IMG/VR virus record: IMGVR_UViG_3300028840_003851
Origin: a virus
Strand: one strand, 5' to 3'
Length of the DNA: 64,000 bases
The stretch's first letter is position 1. The number at the start of each line of letters is the position of its first letter. The translations under genes and the position numbers were made by a program. Under the pieces are notes generated by a model. The model did no database searches, was not told where the DNA came from, and saw only the letters and a program-made list of their open reading frames with translations. Shown here one piece after another: positions 34,210-44,397 of the stretch.

Positions 34210-35448
34210 TCAGACTTGGATTGTGGGGTTACCCGTCGACACTGAGGCGCTAAAGACCGCACCAGCAGAGATGATTCCCGGTGTTGTAGCGGGGGGAGCA
34301 CCAATGATGATGGGGATGGGTGCAACCGTGGTGAACAGCACCTGAGAGCCAACGGAGGCTACCGGCTTGGAGCCTCCGTTTATCTTCGTCACACCAGAGC
34401 TGATGTCCATTGCGTCACCGCCCTCAATACGCATGGTACCGCCAGCCTTGATGGTGATGTTCTTCTTGCTCTCTATGTAGATGTCGTCCTCTGCAACAAT
34501 CTTTATCTTCCCCTTAAATCCTAGGAAGACACTAGACCTAGAGCCTAGGTACACGCCACCAGCCTTGTCTATAAAGAAACGGAGCTTCGTGCTGTCTATT
34601 GCCGTGCTATTCGGCTCTCCTCCAGCAGCGTTGAACCCTTCGGGGGACACTGTGAGCTCGTACACCACTGGGTCGTCTGTACCTATCTCCAGCTCCTCTA
34701 GGTCCTCCTGCCACCCGTCACCAGGCTCCGCCATGGCGTCGAATGTTCCGGCACATACTCTGACGCTGGCCTCGCTCTGGTTAGCGAACAGCCTGAATGT
34801 ATGCTTGTAGCTGGTAGGCAGCGTGTCGTCCGGTGCTCCTTGGCGAACACCCCAGCTGATAGAGCCACCAGTGTTGTGATGCCTGTACGTCTGCGAGATG
34901 TCCTCAACCAGGTTCTGCAGCGGTATGTACAGCCTCTGCGCCAGCTCTGTGGAGCCTATCTGGAGAACTCCTCCTCTATGCAGAACAACGAAGTTGTTAT
35001 CCCTACCCCTCATCACGATGTCACCGGGCTTACTCCGAGACCTTCCTCCTGCAAACGTGTTTGAGCTCGTTTCGTCTGCTGCCTCATCACCCTCTGCAGG
35101 GACGTCTCGGTCCACCTGCTCTATCGGCATTATGAAGCACAGAACGAAAGGGGGAGGCCCATCACTAGGGATGCACACATAGCACTTAGCCCCTACCTCC
35201 GGGCATACGTACACTCCGTCTCCTCTATTAGAGTGGAGGTACGGTGAGGCCACCTGTATATCCATGAAGTGCAGCTGGTCGTACTTAGACACCACATCTA
35301 CAGTCCACGTCGCCATGTTAAGGCCAGTTACCACGCATTCTATTATGTGCGCTCCTACTCTGCCCTCTGGCTGTGTCCATGTTGTACGGAAGGTGGAGCG
35401 ATAAAGGGGGCTCTCGCTCTCATACGTTTTTACACCCTTGAGCGGCAT
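34210..35448 (-). CDS. Baseplate spike/Gp5-gpV-like protein
   Basis: OB-fold-like PEVGAKCYVCIPSDG; C-terminal beta-repeat IKIVAEDDIYIESKKNITIKAGGTMRIEGG and a GSKPVASVGS apex motif. Confidence 0.65.
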   Translation of the reverse strand: MPLKGVKTYESESPLYRSTFRTTWTQPEGRVGAHIIECVVTGLNMATWTVDVVSKYDQLHFMDIQVASPYLHSNRGDGVYVCPEVGAKCYVCIPSDGPPPFVLCFIMPIEQVDRDVPAEGDEAADETSSNTFAGGRSRSKPGDIVMRGRDNNFVVLHRGGVLQIGSTELAQRLYIPLQNLVEDISQTYRHHNTGGSISWGVRQGAPDDTLPTSYKHTFRLFANQSEASVRVCAGTFDAMAEPGDGWQEDLEELEIGTDDPVVYELTVSPEGFNAAGGEPNSTAIDSTKLRFFIDKAGGVYLGSRSSVFLGFKGKIKIVAEDDIYIESKKNITIKAGGTMRIEGGDAMDISSGVTKINGGSKPVASVGSQVLFTTVAPIPIIIGAPPATTPGIISAGAVFSASVSTGNPTIQV

Positions 35449-38400
35449 TAGTACGCGTGCTCCGGTACGTCTAGAAGTCTAGTAAGACCTGGGGTTCTCT
35501 TGGCATGCTCCTTCGTCACACCAAACTCAGCTCCGTATGCGATGCCAGGAACAGGGTGTACACCGTGTATGTGCGACACAGCTCCTGTAGCCGCCGAGTC
35601 CATGATGGTGCTTCTAAGCCTCTCGTGCTGCAGCTTAGCCATCCAGTCCTGCTGAGCTTGGAGTGGGGCGAAGTCCACCCCCTTCAGTATAGGTGAATGC
35701 ACTGTCGGCTTCTTGCCCGCCTTCACGAGCTTCATGTTCTGCTCTCTTATCACAGACGCAGGCATTATCTCTCCCTTCAGAAGATACGGAGCATCCCCTG
35801 GGTCACGTATCTTCGTCGTGTTCGTCATCCCCTTAACTACCGTCTCCACGTGCTGCCTTCTTACTCCTTCCTCAGCGTAAATCTTGTGCAGCTCGTCTAC
35901 AAGGTGGTTCTGCACCTTCTCGAAGTTGTTGGTAGCCTTGTAGAGGTCCTTAGGATTGACCACTGTTCTTGAGGGGTCAGACAAGGATGTTCCGGCCTCT
36001 ATCTTGTCCCCAACCTTAGGCGGCCTCCAAGGAGAGTCATCGTCTACTGAGAACAAAGAGCGTCCCTTCTTATCCTTGCCCACATGGTGGGCTTTACCCC
36101 CGACCCACACCTTGGTACCGGTCTTGTCCCTCTGTATCTTCTCAACCCTGCCCGATGTCATGGCTAAGGTGGCTGAGTTCGCTATCTTGTCCGGCATAGA
36201 GGTCAGCTGCTGAACTCTCGCAAACTGGTCTGCAACCGACGCCTTGGGCGTCCACACCCCTCCACTGTGGAACGCCTTCATAGGGAGCTGCACTGAGCGC
36301 TCTCCGAGAGACTGTGCGGCGAGGATACCCACGTTGGTACCTACGGGGTACCGGTTACCATCTGCGCCCAGCCCTGCGCACTTCTGGCAGAGCCCTTGTC
36401 CGTGCGTACATTTAAGGGCGCTGCGAACTACAAGCTGGGCATTCTTGTCTGCTCTACGCATCTTTCCCAAGATGTCCGGTGTCAGCACCGTCCCAGCAGG
36501 GACCTCGAGACCTTTGGCCTTGAACGACCTTGCAAGGGTCCTGTCGTACGCCCCCTCGTCACCGACAGACATCGATACACCCCGGTCCGTCTTGCAGTCA
36601 TCGCCAGTTACAACAAGGTTCACGGTGTTCTGCACCAGCTTCTTGGAGAAGTAGCCTGGCTCCGACACCTCTTGAACCTTTCGTACAGAGCCCCTGCGTG
36701 CACCAGTGGCAGCCGTCCAATACCCTCCAAAGTCCATGCCCTCCGCGTAGGACTTGTCGACCGGTACCGGAACTGGCGAGCCAGTAGAGTCGACCATCAT
36801 CACAGGAGCTAAGGCCAGCTGCTTGTACTGGTCCCACCCCGGCTTGTTGCCTGACGATAGCATGGTTGCCAGATTGTTCTTTGGGAGCTTGGACCTGTGC
36901 TCCTTGTCCATCTCTGCACTAGCCTTAGCCCATACAAGGGGTATCTGGCGCTCCTTCTCCGCCTCGGACATCTTACTGGCGCGTATCAAGTCTACTCTCT
37001 TCTTTGCCATCCCTAGATGCTTGTCTCTGGTAGCTTTGTCCGGCTCTAGGTCCTCAAGCCCTAAGGAGTGTGCCCCCATCGGGATGTACATCTTGGTCTT
37101 GTCTGGTCGCTCCGCGTCCTCTATTGCCTGTCTACCCTTCTGTGCTGGGTTAGGAACAGACACAAGCCCGTTAGCAGCTTCAAACCCAAACTTCATCAGC
37201 TTGTGCGCCGAGTCTCCGAAGTCACCCTTGTGGTTCTTCGCTAGCTCCGAGTAGAGCTTAGTGATTCCCTTCTTGTCTAACGTGGGAAGAGACTCTATGG
37301 CCTTCTCCTGCATACCATCTGGAAGGGCAGACGCTACAAGCATCCTTCCTGGAGTGGTCTTCTTGCCTCCTACCGTCGCCAGCTCCGTCATACCCAGCTC
37401 CCCTCGTTGAGCAGCTTGCAGCGCCTCTGTCGGGCTCTTGTAGCTCTTACGACTGACCTTATCTACCTTGGTCATCTTGTAGAGACCCATAGCGCTGTCT
37501 AGACTAGGCTGGTACGTGACCTTTCCTGACGCCTCGGCGTACAGGTTCTTTGACGGGAGCATGCCCTTCGCCTCCTCAACAGCCTCCCTTCCTACGGGGA
37601 CGTAGGCGCTCATTGTATCCCCGTCAAAATCGGCATTGAAGCCGCCCGTCACCAACGGGTGAATCTTTATCGCCTTACCTCCTACAAGCTTTGTTTTGAA
37701 CGCCTGTACGGAGTGCTTGTGCAGCACGGGGTCTCTCTTCAGGATTACAGGACGTTCATCAGCGACAAGCTCTATCGCCCTGAGCACTGATGGGTTCTTA
37801 GTAGCCTTCTTATCGGCGAGCATAGACCTCGCCTCTAGTGGGTTTCTAGCTGCACCCGTCTCTACTAGCTTTCTGGCAACGAACGGTCGCATCAGCTTAA
37901 GCGCGTAGTCCTTAGGCATCCCCACCTCATCTACCCCGAGAGAGGGCTCAGGGACGATGACAGAGCGCATAGAGAGGTCTTGCCTTCGGTTCATTAGGGT
38001 CTTCTGGAAGAACCCCTCCTTAGGGGAGCTACCATGAATCTGCTGCAAGATTCCTTTGTACTTATCGTCCTCTCCAAATGTACCGACACCCATCACAGCC
38101 TTGACGCCATCATATAGACTCTTTCTAGCCTTTCGCTTGGCCGTGTTCTTGTCGAGAATCTCCTTCATAGAGTCCTTCTTGAGAGAGTCGTTACCCTGCG
38201 CTAGAAGCTGGTACAGCCCGTTAATGTCCTCCCACTTAATGGAGCCATCCTTCATTACAGATGCTGGACGCATCTGCGGCGGGATTACAGGAAGGTTCTC
38301 TAGAACATACGCCTCCGACGGTTTAGCGCCAATCTGCTTAAGTGCACGCAGGTACTTTATCTTTTTGACGGTAGAGTCCATCTCCTGCGTTGGCGCTCCG

Positions 38401-41400
38401 TGAGCCATGCCTTTAGGGACGGGCATCTCTTTAAGCTTCTTCTGCTGCGTCGCTAGCTCCTTGTTTACGTCTATCTTGTCTAGAAGGCGCTTTATCCCCG
38501 GTCCCCCCGTTAGAGCTCCAGGAGTGTCTAGAGCCACTATGTTTCCCTTCTCGTCTACCGCCTGGTCACCGCCAACAATACCTGTGTAATCCTTCTCTTT
38601 CAGGCCGGTTAGCTTCTGAATCGCAGTCTCGAAGACAGGGTTGGGTACGGGCTCTGCTAGCTTGATGTGGTTCCACCTCTTACCGCCGTGACCGCCTGTT
38701 ATCTTGGGGTCGAAGAGACCCCCTCTCTTAGGGACGGGCTCTCCGTTCTTATCTAGCTTTGTGTAGACAAGCTCAGCGGGCTTAGGAATTGCCCCGCTGG
38801 ACATGTCCTTTATCTGCTTATTCGTAAGCGGCAGAAGCTGTATGTTGTGGCCCTTCTTCTCTACATTGACGCCGGCCGCCTTCAACATCGATGTGAACTT
38901 GTTGAAGGAGAACGTTGGGCGGGGGGTAGGTAGAGGGGTTCCAGACTGTATCGCAGACCACACCTCTCTGTGCTGGCCTGCCCAGCCAAAGGGTCTGGGG
39001 TCGTCTCCCTCGCTCTTGATGGTCTGCATCTCCCTGATATTTGCCTTGGCCCCGTGCGCCAACAGGGAGTAGATGCCCAGTGGGCTCATGCGCTGCCCGC
39101 CAGTCTTCTTCCCACCTATAGGTAGAAGGTTGTTGTCGTAGCTCTCTGGCTCGTTGTCGCCTTTTAAGGGCATGCCTGAGCGTACCGCTGTCTTCTTGTC
39201 TATCTGATGGGTCAGCTTTAGCATGTGCTGGGGGCCCACGAGAACCTTCCCCAGACTCTGCTTGGTGACGGGGTCTATGAGCTCCTCCTTGTCCTCGATG
39301 CCATGCTCCTTGAGAGCCTTCTTGACCATCGCAAGGTTGTCGGCACCGGGTGCGAAGTTCTCCACAATGAATGGCTTGCCAGTCTTCTCTGCTACCTTCC
39401 CTGCGGCCGTCTCTAGTATCTGAGACGGGTTCATTCTGCCGGGAACTCCTGCGGGGTTGAGGGCTACATCGATGGGCTTACCATCCCTCGTATGTGGCAT
39501 CTCCTTATCTGGGAGGACACAGTTACCAGACCACACTGGGATGCCCAAACGACGCACGTAGATGATGTGGTTAGGAACGTCGACGCAGTAGACCCTCCCC
39601 TTGTACTCTTCCCAGCGCTCGTTACAGTACCTCTTATCGTTGTTCGTCCACACCTCGTCTTTCAAGGACCACCGAACGACAAGCTCTCCAGGCTTAGGCT
39701 CCTTAATGTTTGCAGAGAACCCTAGCTTCAAAGCTAGCTCCTGATAGTCATCAGCTAGCCTAGGGGAGGAGGTAAACAGCTCATAGCGAGTGTGGTTGTC
39801 CTTCGCTCTATAGTAAACACCACCGTCCCCCATAAACAGCGCATCAGCCAAAATCCTAAGCTGTCTCTGCGAGAGTACGAGGAGCTCACGAGGTATGAAC
39901 TTATCCTTAGCCTTACCGAACTGCTTTAGCCATGCGTGAAGCTGGGGGTCGGAGAAGGTAATCCTAGTAGCCTCTTTATAGGTACTGTACCCGAGTCGCT
40001 CAATCACGGAGCATATTCGCTCATATTCCTCTGGGTGTACGCTGCGAGTCTGCGCGATGTGTATGTGGGAGCTACCTCCAATACACCCCTCTGTAAGCCA
40101 AAGCCCGAAGAGCTCCAAAAACAGGTCTGTGTCGTACTTCCTAGGGGCAGAGAGCTTCTTGTGCCTCTTGGGGGCGTCTGGTCTACCAGGGATAGTAATC
40201 TCCTCGAGCTCCTCCCCCTCCCATACCCCAGTGCGAAGGTGTAACCGAGGCATCCCAAAACACTCCTTCGCAGGCTGTAGGGAATAGCTGCCCCTACGAG
40301 TACGAACGTAATGACGATGCTCTGGTGTCACCAGTAGGTTGAGTCTACGACCGCTATACGAGTACATCTTCCCGTCATGTTGCTGGTCAACGTACCCAGT
40401 AGGAGCTTGGTACTCAATCTTCCTGGTCGCCGGGTTGAGCGTACAAATCAGCTCCGTCCGGTCTAGGTCCTTGAAGAACCTCCAGCCCTTATCGGTTAAC
40501 ACCTCGGAATCATTAGAGAAACATGTTACAATCCCTTTGTTTCCATGACGCCCAGTCAGCTTATCCCCCGCTTTCATAGGCTCCACGGTCTTTACGTGGA
40601 CCGTTACCTCCTTGCCCTTCTTGTGTACCCCTACCACCTCCCCAGGGTGGTCAGACTCCCAGCGCAGAGAGATGTCTGTGTGCTGTCCGGACAGGCTCTT
40701 GCCTATGGAGCCCAGGTCCATCCTGTCCTTCATCTTGTACGGACGCATGGCTAGGACCAGAGGGTCTCCCGGCCTTACTGTCTGCCCTACCTTCACGACC
40801 CCCTTCTCGTCTAGCTTACCGTGCTGCTCCTTACCGAATGCCTCAGGGTGCTGGTTCCTGAACTTCTTGGGATCTGTGACAACCTGGTCCTCAAGGGCTA
40901 TAGGGAGCTTCTGCATGTGCACTGAGGACAGCTTCTTTGCCGCGCTCTCACTAACTACAACGCCATCCTCGAAGTTGTACCCCTTGTAGGGTAGATAGGC
41001 CGCTCTAAGATTTGTACCTAAGGCCAGCTTACCGTCTTTGGTAAAGTTCGTGTCCGCTACAGACTGCCTTCTCTTCACACTGTCCCCCACCTTTACCAGG
41101 GGGGTGGAGGTGATGACGGCTTTAGGGTCGTTCAACGGGAAGTTGTTGTACAGCTGTACCTCGTGCTTCTTCCCAGACTTATCCTTAACGACGATGGCGT
41201 CGCCCTTAACGCTTACTACCTCTCCGTCGACGGGAGACATGTGCCCTGACGCTTTACCTAGTAGCTCCTCGAACGTCTGTAACCCCTCCTTCTTAGAGCC
41301 CGTACCTACCTGTACTAAGGGGGCCTCTCTATGCTCTAAGGAGATAGACTGCTCTATGTGCTGCCCAGCGTATGTAGCTCTGTTCCCGGAGCAGCTGCCG

Positions 41401-42878
41401 ATGAAGGGAACTAGATTCGTCGTAGTGTTTAGAGCCTGAGACGCGTGCCGCTGTATGTAGTCTACGTTGTCTAGACTCCCGGTTGTTAGCTTGTTCCCCT
41501 TTCCGGCAATCTTTATCTCCTTGCCTACAGGCTTGGGCTTACCCTTATCCCACGTAACCTGGTCTGCCAGTGCTACGTTGGCGTTTACAAACTTGCTTGG
41601 CGGGACATCCTCCATTTTACCCGTCTTAACGTTGTACATCGGTACAACGGGCTCATTACCCTTCTTGCGGACCCCCATAGGGAGCCGTAGCGTGATACCC
41701 GTCTTCTCCCCCTCAGGAGTGCGTAGCGGGTCTAGGTACCCAAGGTGCGATGGGTTTATAGCCTTGGCATCCTCGGTCACGCGCTGTACAGACTGTATAC
41801 CGCCAGGTCCCAGCGGAGTTGTCTGAGAGGCGGAGGAGATAATCTCTACAGGGTTAATCTGGTCCGCCATTCGCGCCATTGAGGTACGGAACACCTGGCG
41901 TACAGGCTCGTTAAAGGAATCAAAGTTTACTATCTTCCGAATATCCGCCTTCGGATTGTCTATCTGCCTTTTACCCCTGGTCTCTACAATCTTCTTTGTC
42001 TTCCAGTGAGTGAGCTTGTCGTACGCAAAGTCCTCTACGGAGCGAAGGTTCTTGTACTCTAAGCTATCTCTATCATCCTCAGGAGCACCGGAGTGAACAT
42101 CAAGTATTCTCTTCGTCGCCTTGCGAAGAACGTCTCCCGTTATGTGGTCAGACTCTACACCCAGGGTAGACTTGGCCACCTCAGGCTGCATCTTAGTCGC
42201 TGTCATAGCCTCCTTGAAGTAGGCAGCAGCCTCCTTCTTAGATGGTGCGGCAGACTTCTTATCAGCCTTGTAGAACGCCTCCAGCGCTCCCTCAACTGCT
42301 CTGGCGCTCTTGTTCGCCTCTAACATCTCCTTGCCCCAGCTTTTTTGGAGCTGCTCGTCTGTAACCCCCATCTCCCTCATCAAGGGGTACAGCGGTATGT
42401 TGGACTTCTTTCTACGAAGAGACAGCTGCTTGCTGGCCGGGTCTAGCTCTATCTTAAAGTCTCTACCATCAGGAGCGTTAAAGGCCGTGTGCACCTTACC
42501 CTTAACATCACGCCTCGTGTACGCCCCTGGCTTCAGCTGCCACTGGCTGTCTACCTGGTACTCTTTACCGTCTATGATGTGGCTGAAACGACTGGTTACA
42601 GTCGGTATAGACGCTATCCGGACTCTCTCTTTAGACGTCTCCCCTGTCTCCTTGTTCTCTAGCCTCAACGTAGCATACACAGGAGTAGCAAAGGTCTTAC
42701 CTTTTATCTTGTGGTCGTGCTGCTTCCTGATGTCGTCGGGGTCTGTCCCTATATCTGCCTCTAGCTTCTCAAGGTGGAGCTCACGCTTCTTTCCCTTGAT
42801 AGGGAAGTGCTCACCGATACCCTCAAGAACCTTAGCCTTCAGCGCCTCGTTTGCCTCTTTGTGACTAGCGTACGGCAT
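35448..42878 (-). CDS. Single-chain DNA-directed RNA polymerase (beta-beta' fusion) with intein
   Basis: Beta motifs GPGG, TPEG, GYNFEDG, GDKLTGRHGNKG, NPAGVPGRMN, GGQR; beta' motifs GLFDPKITG, LPVIPPQMRP, RQDLSMRSVI, catalytic NADFDGD, bridge helix GARRG...GYFSKKL, trigger loop AAQSLGE...AFHSGG; all in one frame. Confidence 0.97.
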   Translation of the reverse strand: MPYASHKEANEALKAKVLEGIGEHFPIKGKKRELHLEKLEADIGTDPDDIRKQHDHKIKGKTFATPVYATLRLENKETGETSKERVRIASIPTVTSRFSHIIDGKEYQVDSQWQLKPGAYTRRDVKGKVHTAFNAPDGRDFKIELDPASKQLSLRRKKSNIPLYPLMREMGVTDEQLQKSWGKEMLEANKSARAVEGALEAFYKADKKSAAPSKKEAAAYFKEAMTATKMQPEVAKSTLGVESDHITGDVLRKATKRILDVHSGAPEDDRDSLEYKNLRSVEDFAYDKLTHWKTKKIVETRGKRQIDNPKADIRKIVNFDSFNEPVRQVFRTSMARMADQINPVEIISSASQTTPLGPGGIQSVQRVTEDAKAINPSHLGYLDPLRTPEGEKTGITLRLPMGVRKKGNEPVVPMYNVKTGKMEDVPPSKFVNANVALADQVTWDKGKPKPVGKEIKIAGKGNKLTTGSLDNVDYIQRHASQALNTTTNLVPFIGSCSGNRATYAGQHIEQSISLEHREAPLVQVGTGSKKEGLQTFEELLGKASGHMSPVDGEVVSVKGDAIVVKDKSGKKHEVQLYNNFPLNDPKAVITSTPLVKVGDSVKRRQSVADTNFTKDGKLALGTNLRAAYLPYKGYNFEDGVVVSESAAKKLSSVHMQKLPIALEDQVVTDPKKFRNQHPEAFGKEQHGKLDEKGVVKVGQTVRPGDPLVLAMRPYKMKDRMDLGSIGKSLSGQHTDISLRWESDHPGEVVGVHKKGKEVTVHVKTVEPMKAGDKLTGRHGNKGIVTCFSNDSEVLTDKGWRFFKDLDRTELICTLNPATRKIEYQAPTGYVDQQHDGKMYSYSGRRLNLLVTPEHRHYVRTRRGSYSLQPAKECFGMPRLHLRTGVWEGEELEEITIPGRPDAPKRHKKLSAPRKYDTDLFLELFGLWLTEGCIGGSSHIHIAQTRSVHPEEYERICSVIERLGYSTYKEATRITFSDPQLHAWLKQFGKAKDKFIPRELLVLSQRQLRILADALFMGDGGVYYRAKDNHTRYELFTSSPRLADDYQELALKLGFSANIKEPKPGELVVRWSLKDEVWTNNDKRYCNERWEEYKGRVYCVDVPNHIIYVRRLGIPVWSGNCVLPDKEMPHTRDGKPIDVALNPAGVPGRMNPSQILETAAGKVAEKTGKPFIVENFAPGADNLAMVKKALKEHGIEDKEELIDPVTKQSLGKVLVGPQHMLKLTHQIDKKTAVRSGMPLKGDNEPESYDNNLLPIGGKKTGGQRMSPLGIYSLLAHGAKANIREMQTIKSEGDDPRPFGWAGQHREVWSAIQSGTPLPTPRPTFSFNKFTSMLKAAGVNVEKKGHNIQLLPLTNKQIKDMSSGAIPKPAELVYTKLDKNGEPVPKRGGLFDPKITGGHGGKRWNHIKLAEPVPNPVFETAIQKLTGLKEKDYTGIVGGDQAVDEKGNIVALDTPGALTGGPGIKRLLDKIDVNKELATQQKKLKEMPVPKGMAHGAPTQEMDSTVKKIKYLRALKQIGAKPSEAYVLENLPVIPPQMRPASVMKDGSIKWEDINGLYQLLAQGNDSLKKDSMKEILDKNTAKRKARKSLYDGVKAVMGVGTFGEDDKYKGILQQIHGSSPKEGFFQKTLMNRRQDLSMRSVIVPEPSLGVDEVGMPKDYALKLMRPFVARKLVETGAARNPLEARSMLADKKATKNPSVLRAIELVADERPVILKRDPVLHKHSVQAFKTKLVGGKAIKIHPLVTGGFNADFDGDTMSAYVPVGREAVEEAKGMLPSKNLYAEASGKVTYQPSLDSAMGLYKMTKVDKVSRKSYKSPTEALQAAQRGELGMTELATVGGKKTTPGRMLVASALPDGMQEKAIESLPTLDKKGITKLYSELAKNHKGDFGDSAHKLMKFGFEAANGLVSVPNPAQKGRQAIEDAERPDKTKMYIPMGAHSLGLEDLEPDKATRDKHLGMAKKRVDLIRASKMSEAEKERQIPLVWAKASAEMDKEHRSKLPKNNLATMLSSGNKPGWDQYKQLALAPVMMVDSTGSPVPVPVDKSYAEGMDFGGYWTAATGARRGSVRKVQEVSEPGYFSKKLVQNTVNLVVTGDDCKTDRGVSMSVGDEGAYDRTLARSFKAKGLEVPAGTVLTPDILGKMRRADKNAQLVVRSALKCTHGQGLCQKCAGLGADGNRYPVGTNVGILAAQSLGERSVQLPMKAFHSGGVWTPKASVADQFARVQQLTSMPDKIANSATLAMTSGRVEKIQRDKTGTKVWVGGKAHHVGKDKKGRSLFSVDDDSPWRPPKVGDKIEAGTSLSDPSRTVVNPKDLYKATNNFEKVQNHLVDELHKIYAEEGVRRQHVETVVKGMTNTTKIRDPGDAPYLLKGEIMPASVIREQNMKLVKAGKKPTVHSPILKGVDFAPLQAQQDWMAKLQHERLRSTIMDSAATGAVSHIHGVHPVPGIAYGAEFGVTKEHAKRTPGLTRLLDVPEHAY
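39522..40523 (-). mobile_element. Intein (334 aa) with LAGLIDADG endonuclease in the RNAP beta region
   Basis: GNKGIVT|CFSNDSEVLT...VYCVDVPNHIIYVRRLGIPVWSGN|CVLPDKEMP; motifs FGLWLTEG and LFMGDG. Confidence 0.93.
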
Positions 42879-42953
42879 GACCTATAGATTCTACCTCATC
42901 AATGACAGTAGTGCAGCGTTACCAGCACGTGCAAGCTTCTCCTGATTTCTAGC

Positions 42954-42966
42954 ATAAGAGTAGTGA
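42954..42966 (+). promoter_or_regulatory. Putative phage promoter ATAAGA-N4-TG-R
   Basis: ATAAGA GTAG TG A, divergent from the RNAP gene. Confidence 0.65.
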
Positions 42967-42992
42967 AGAGGACATCAACCTTAACAAAGGAG

Positions 42993-43145
42993 ATGACGAT
43001 GTCTTTCCCCGATGATGAGGGGCTTTTAAGCCCCGACCAGCAAGAGCAAGAGCAAGATGACTCCTACCCCGAGTCCGACGAGGACTCGGGTGCAGCGTGG
43101 TCGGCGATATCCAGCGCCGACTACCTGTACGAGGAGGAGGACTGA
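42993..43145 (+). CDS. Small highly acidic protein
   Basis: SD AAGGAG; about 50 aa, rich in D/E. Confidence 0.6.
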   Translation: MTMSFPDDEGLLSPDQQEQEQDDSYPESDEDSGAAWSAISSADYLYEEED

Positions 43146-43273
43146 TGTCCGCGCTCTTCTGGTCCTCCTTCGTTGTTGGGTTCCTATCTGGTCTAGGTTT
43201 CTGGGCTAGAGACGAGCTCGACAAGAGGGAGCGTAAGGATGGTAAGGATGCTTCGGCATCCCTCCAGCCTTAA
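43145..43273 (+). CDS. Small single-TM protein (42 aa)
   Basis: TGATG coupling; MSALFWSSFVVGFLSGLGFWARDELDKRERK... Confidence 0.5.
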   Translation: MSALFWSSFVVGFLSGLGFWARDELDKRERKDGKDASASLQP

Positions 43274-43898
43274 CGGGGCTAGAAGGGTTGCGGACGAGTG
43301 GGGGGTTACCGGTACTGTGCTTTGGCACCCCGGTAGCCCCCCACGTTCTTGGACTGTCCACAGCCTTTTTAGACCTGTAAACAGCGTAGGTCTGCGCGCA
43401 CGACTGGTAGATGACAAAGGTTTCATTACCTTCATAAATCAGATGGAGCTAGAGATGCTTCTCGGTACCGCATCTCAGGGCTCGTGGTGCTCGTGGGCAG
43501 GTAGACCCTACCCGGCCCCCGGTGGGCCTGAGTGGGAGGGTCTTTTAGCTACGGAGGGAGACCTTCTTGATGACCTGTACGACAGAGAGCAGTACATCAG
43601 GTACATGTTCCCCGACAAGATACCAGGAGGTGCTGAGATAAGAAGACGTGTGTACACAGGTGGGCGAAATGTAGAGCAACTTCTTGTCCTTTTATGGGAT
43701 AAGGACCCTGAGACAGGCATAGAGCCTGACAGTAGATACGAGACGTTAAGCCGCCGATGGGCAGCCGTTGAAGAGGAGGTACAAGAATGGACATGCTTGC
43801 CCTTAACAGACAGATTGGGGTGGGTTCCCTCGCTGTCAGTGGCCACAGATGCAGCTACTGCAACAGGGACATTCCCCTATCCGTACCGGGGGATGTAG
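43239..43898 (+). CDS. Hypothetical protein (219 aa)
   Basis: Long ORF in the island. Confidence 0.55.
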   Translation: MVRMLRHPSSLNGARRVADEWGVTGTVLWHPGSPPRSWTVHSLFRPVNSVGLRARLVDDKGFITFINQMELEMLLGTASQGSWCSWAGRPYPAPGGPEWEGLLATEGDLLDDLYDREQYIRYMFPDKIPGGAEIRRRVYTGGRNVEQLLVLLWDKDPETGIEPDSRYETLSRRWAAVEEEVQEWTCLPLTDRLGWVPSLSVATDAATATGTFPYPYRGM

Positions 43899-44395
43899 AG
43901 GATATCGTTCTTATGCAGGTTGTTTCGGGGGTGAGGGACGGTAGAAACGTCATCACTCGGATAGAGACCGCAGATGACGGCGACTACCTGTTCGCCCCCC
44001 ACTTCTTCTGCATGATGTGCTGGGAGGAGATGACAGACGCACTTACAGACGCGAGCAAGTCACACAGACTGCATAGAACCATCTACCACAGCGAGCATCT
44101 GGTTAGGTGCTTTGAGTGTAACTCCGCTGTGCTGGATGGAGAGATTTTCGCGACGGTGTGCTCCGGCGCACTACAACCATCCCCAAGAACACCATTTGGT
44201 GTACCGGAGGTAGATTTCAAAGGAACGGATAGGCTAGAGAGACCTGTAGTTCTGTGCATCGGCTGCATGAAGCTCTTAGACAGCTGTGTCAAAGAGCTGT
44301 GGAACGCTGATGTGTCTCAAGGCGATGAATGTGATGAGGGTACGTACAAACGGTGCTGGCGTCAGCTGAAGTGCACCGACTGCATTGTGAGGTAG
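43787..44395 (+). CDS. Cys-rich multi-Zn-finger protein
   Basis: SD GAGGAGGT; CSYC, CMMC, CFEC, CIGC, CTDC. Confidence 0.7.
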   Translation: MDMLALNRQIGVGSLAVSGHRCSYCNRDIPLSVPGDVEDIVLMQVVSGVRDGRNVITRIETADDGDYLFAPHFFCMMCWEEMTDALTDASKSHRLHRTIYHSEHLVRCFECNSAVLDGEIFATVCSGALQPSPRTPFGVPEVDFKGTDRLERPVVLCIGCMKLLDSCVKELWNADVSQGDECDEGTYKRCWRQLKCTDCIVR

Positions 44396-44397
44396 AT

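Noticed and set aside
35505-42864. Numerous plus-strand ORFs antisense to the RNAP gene (and similar shadows over other long genes)
   Set aside because: Typical antisense shadows of a coding strand, without SD or recognisable motifs.
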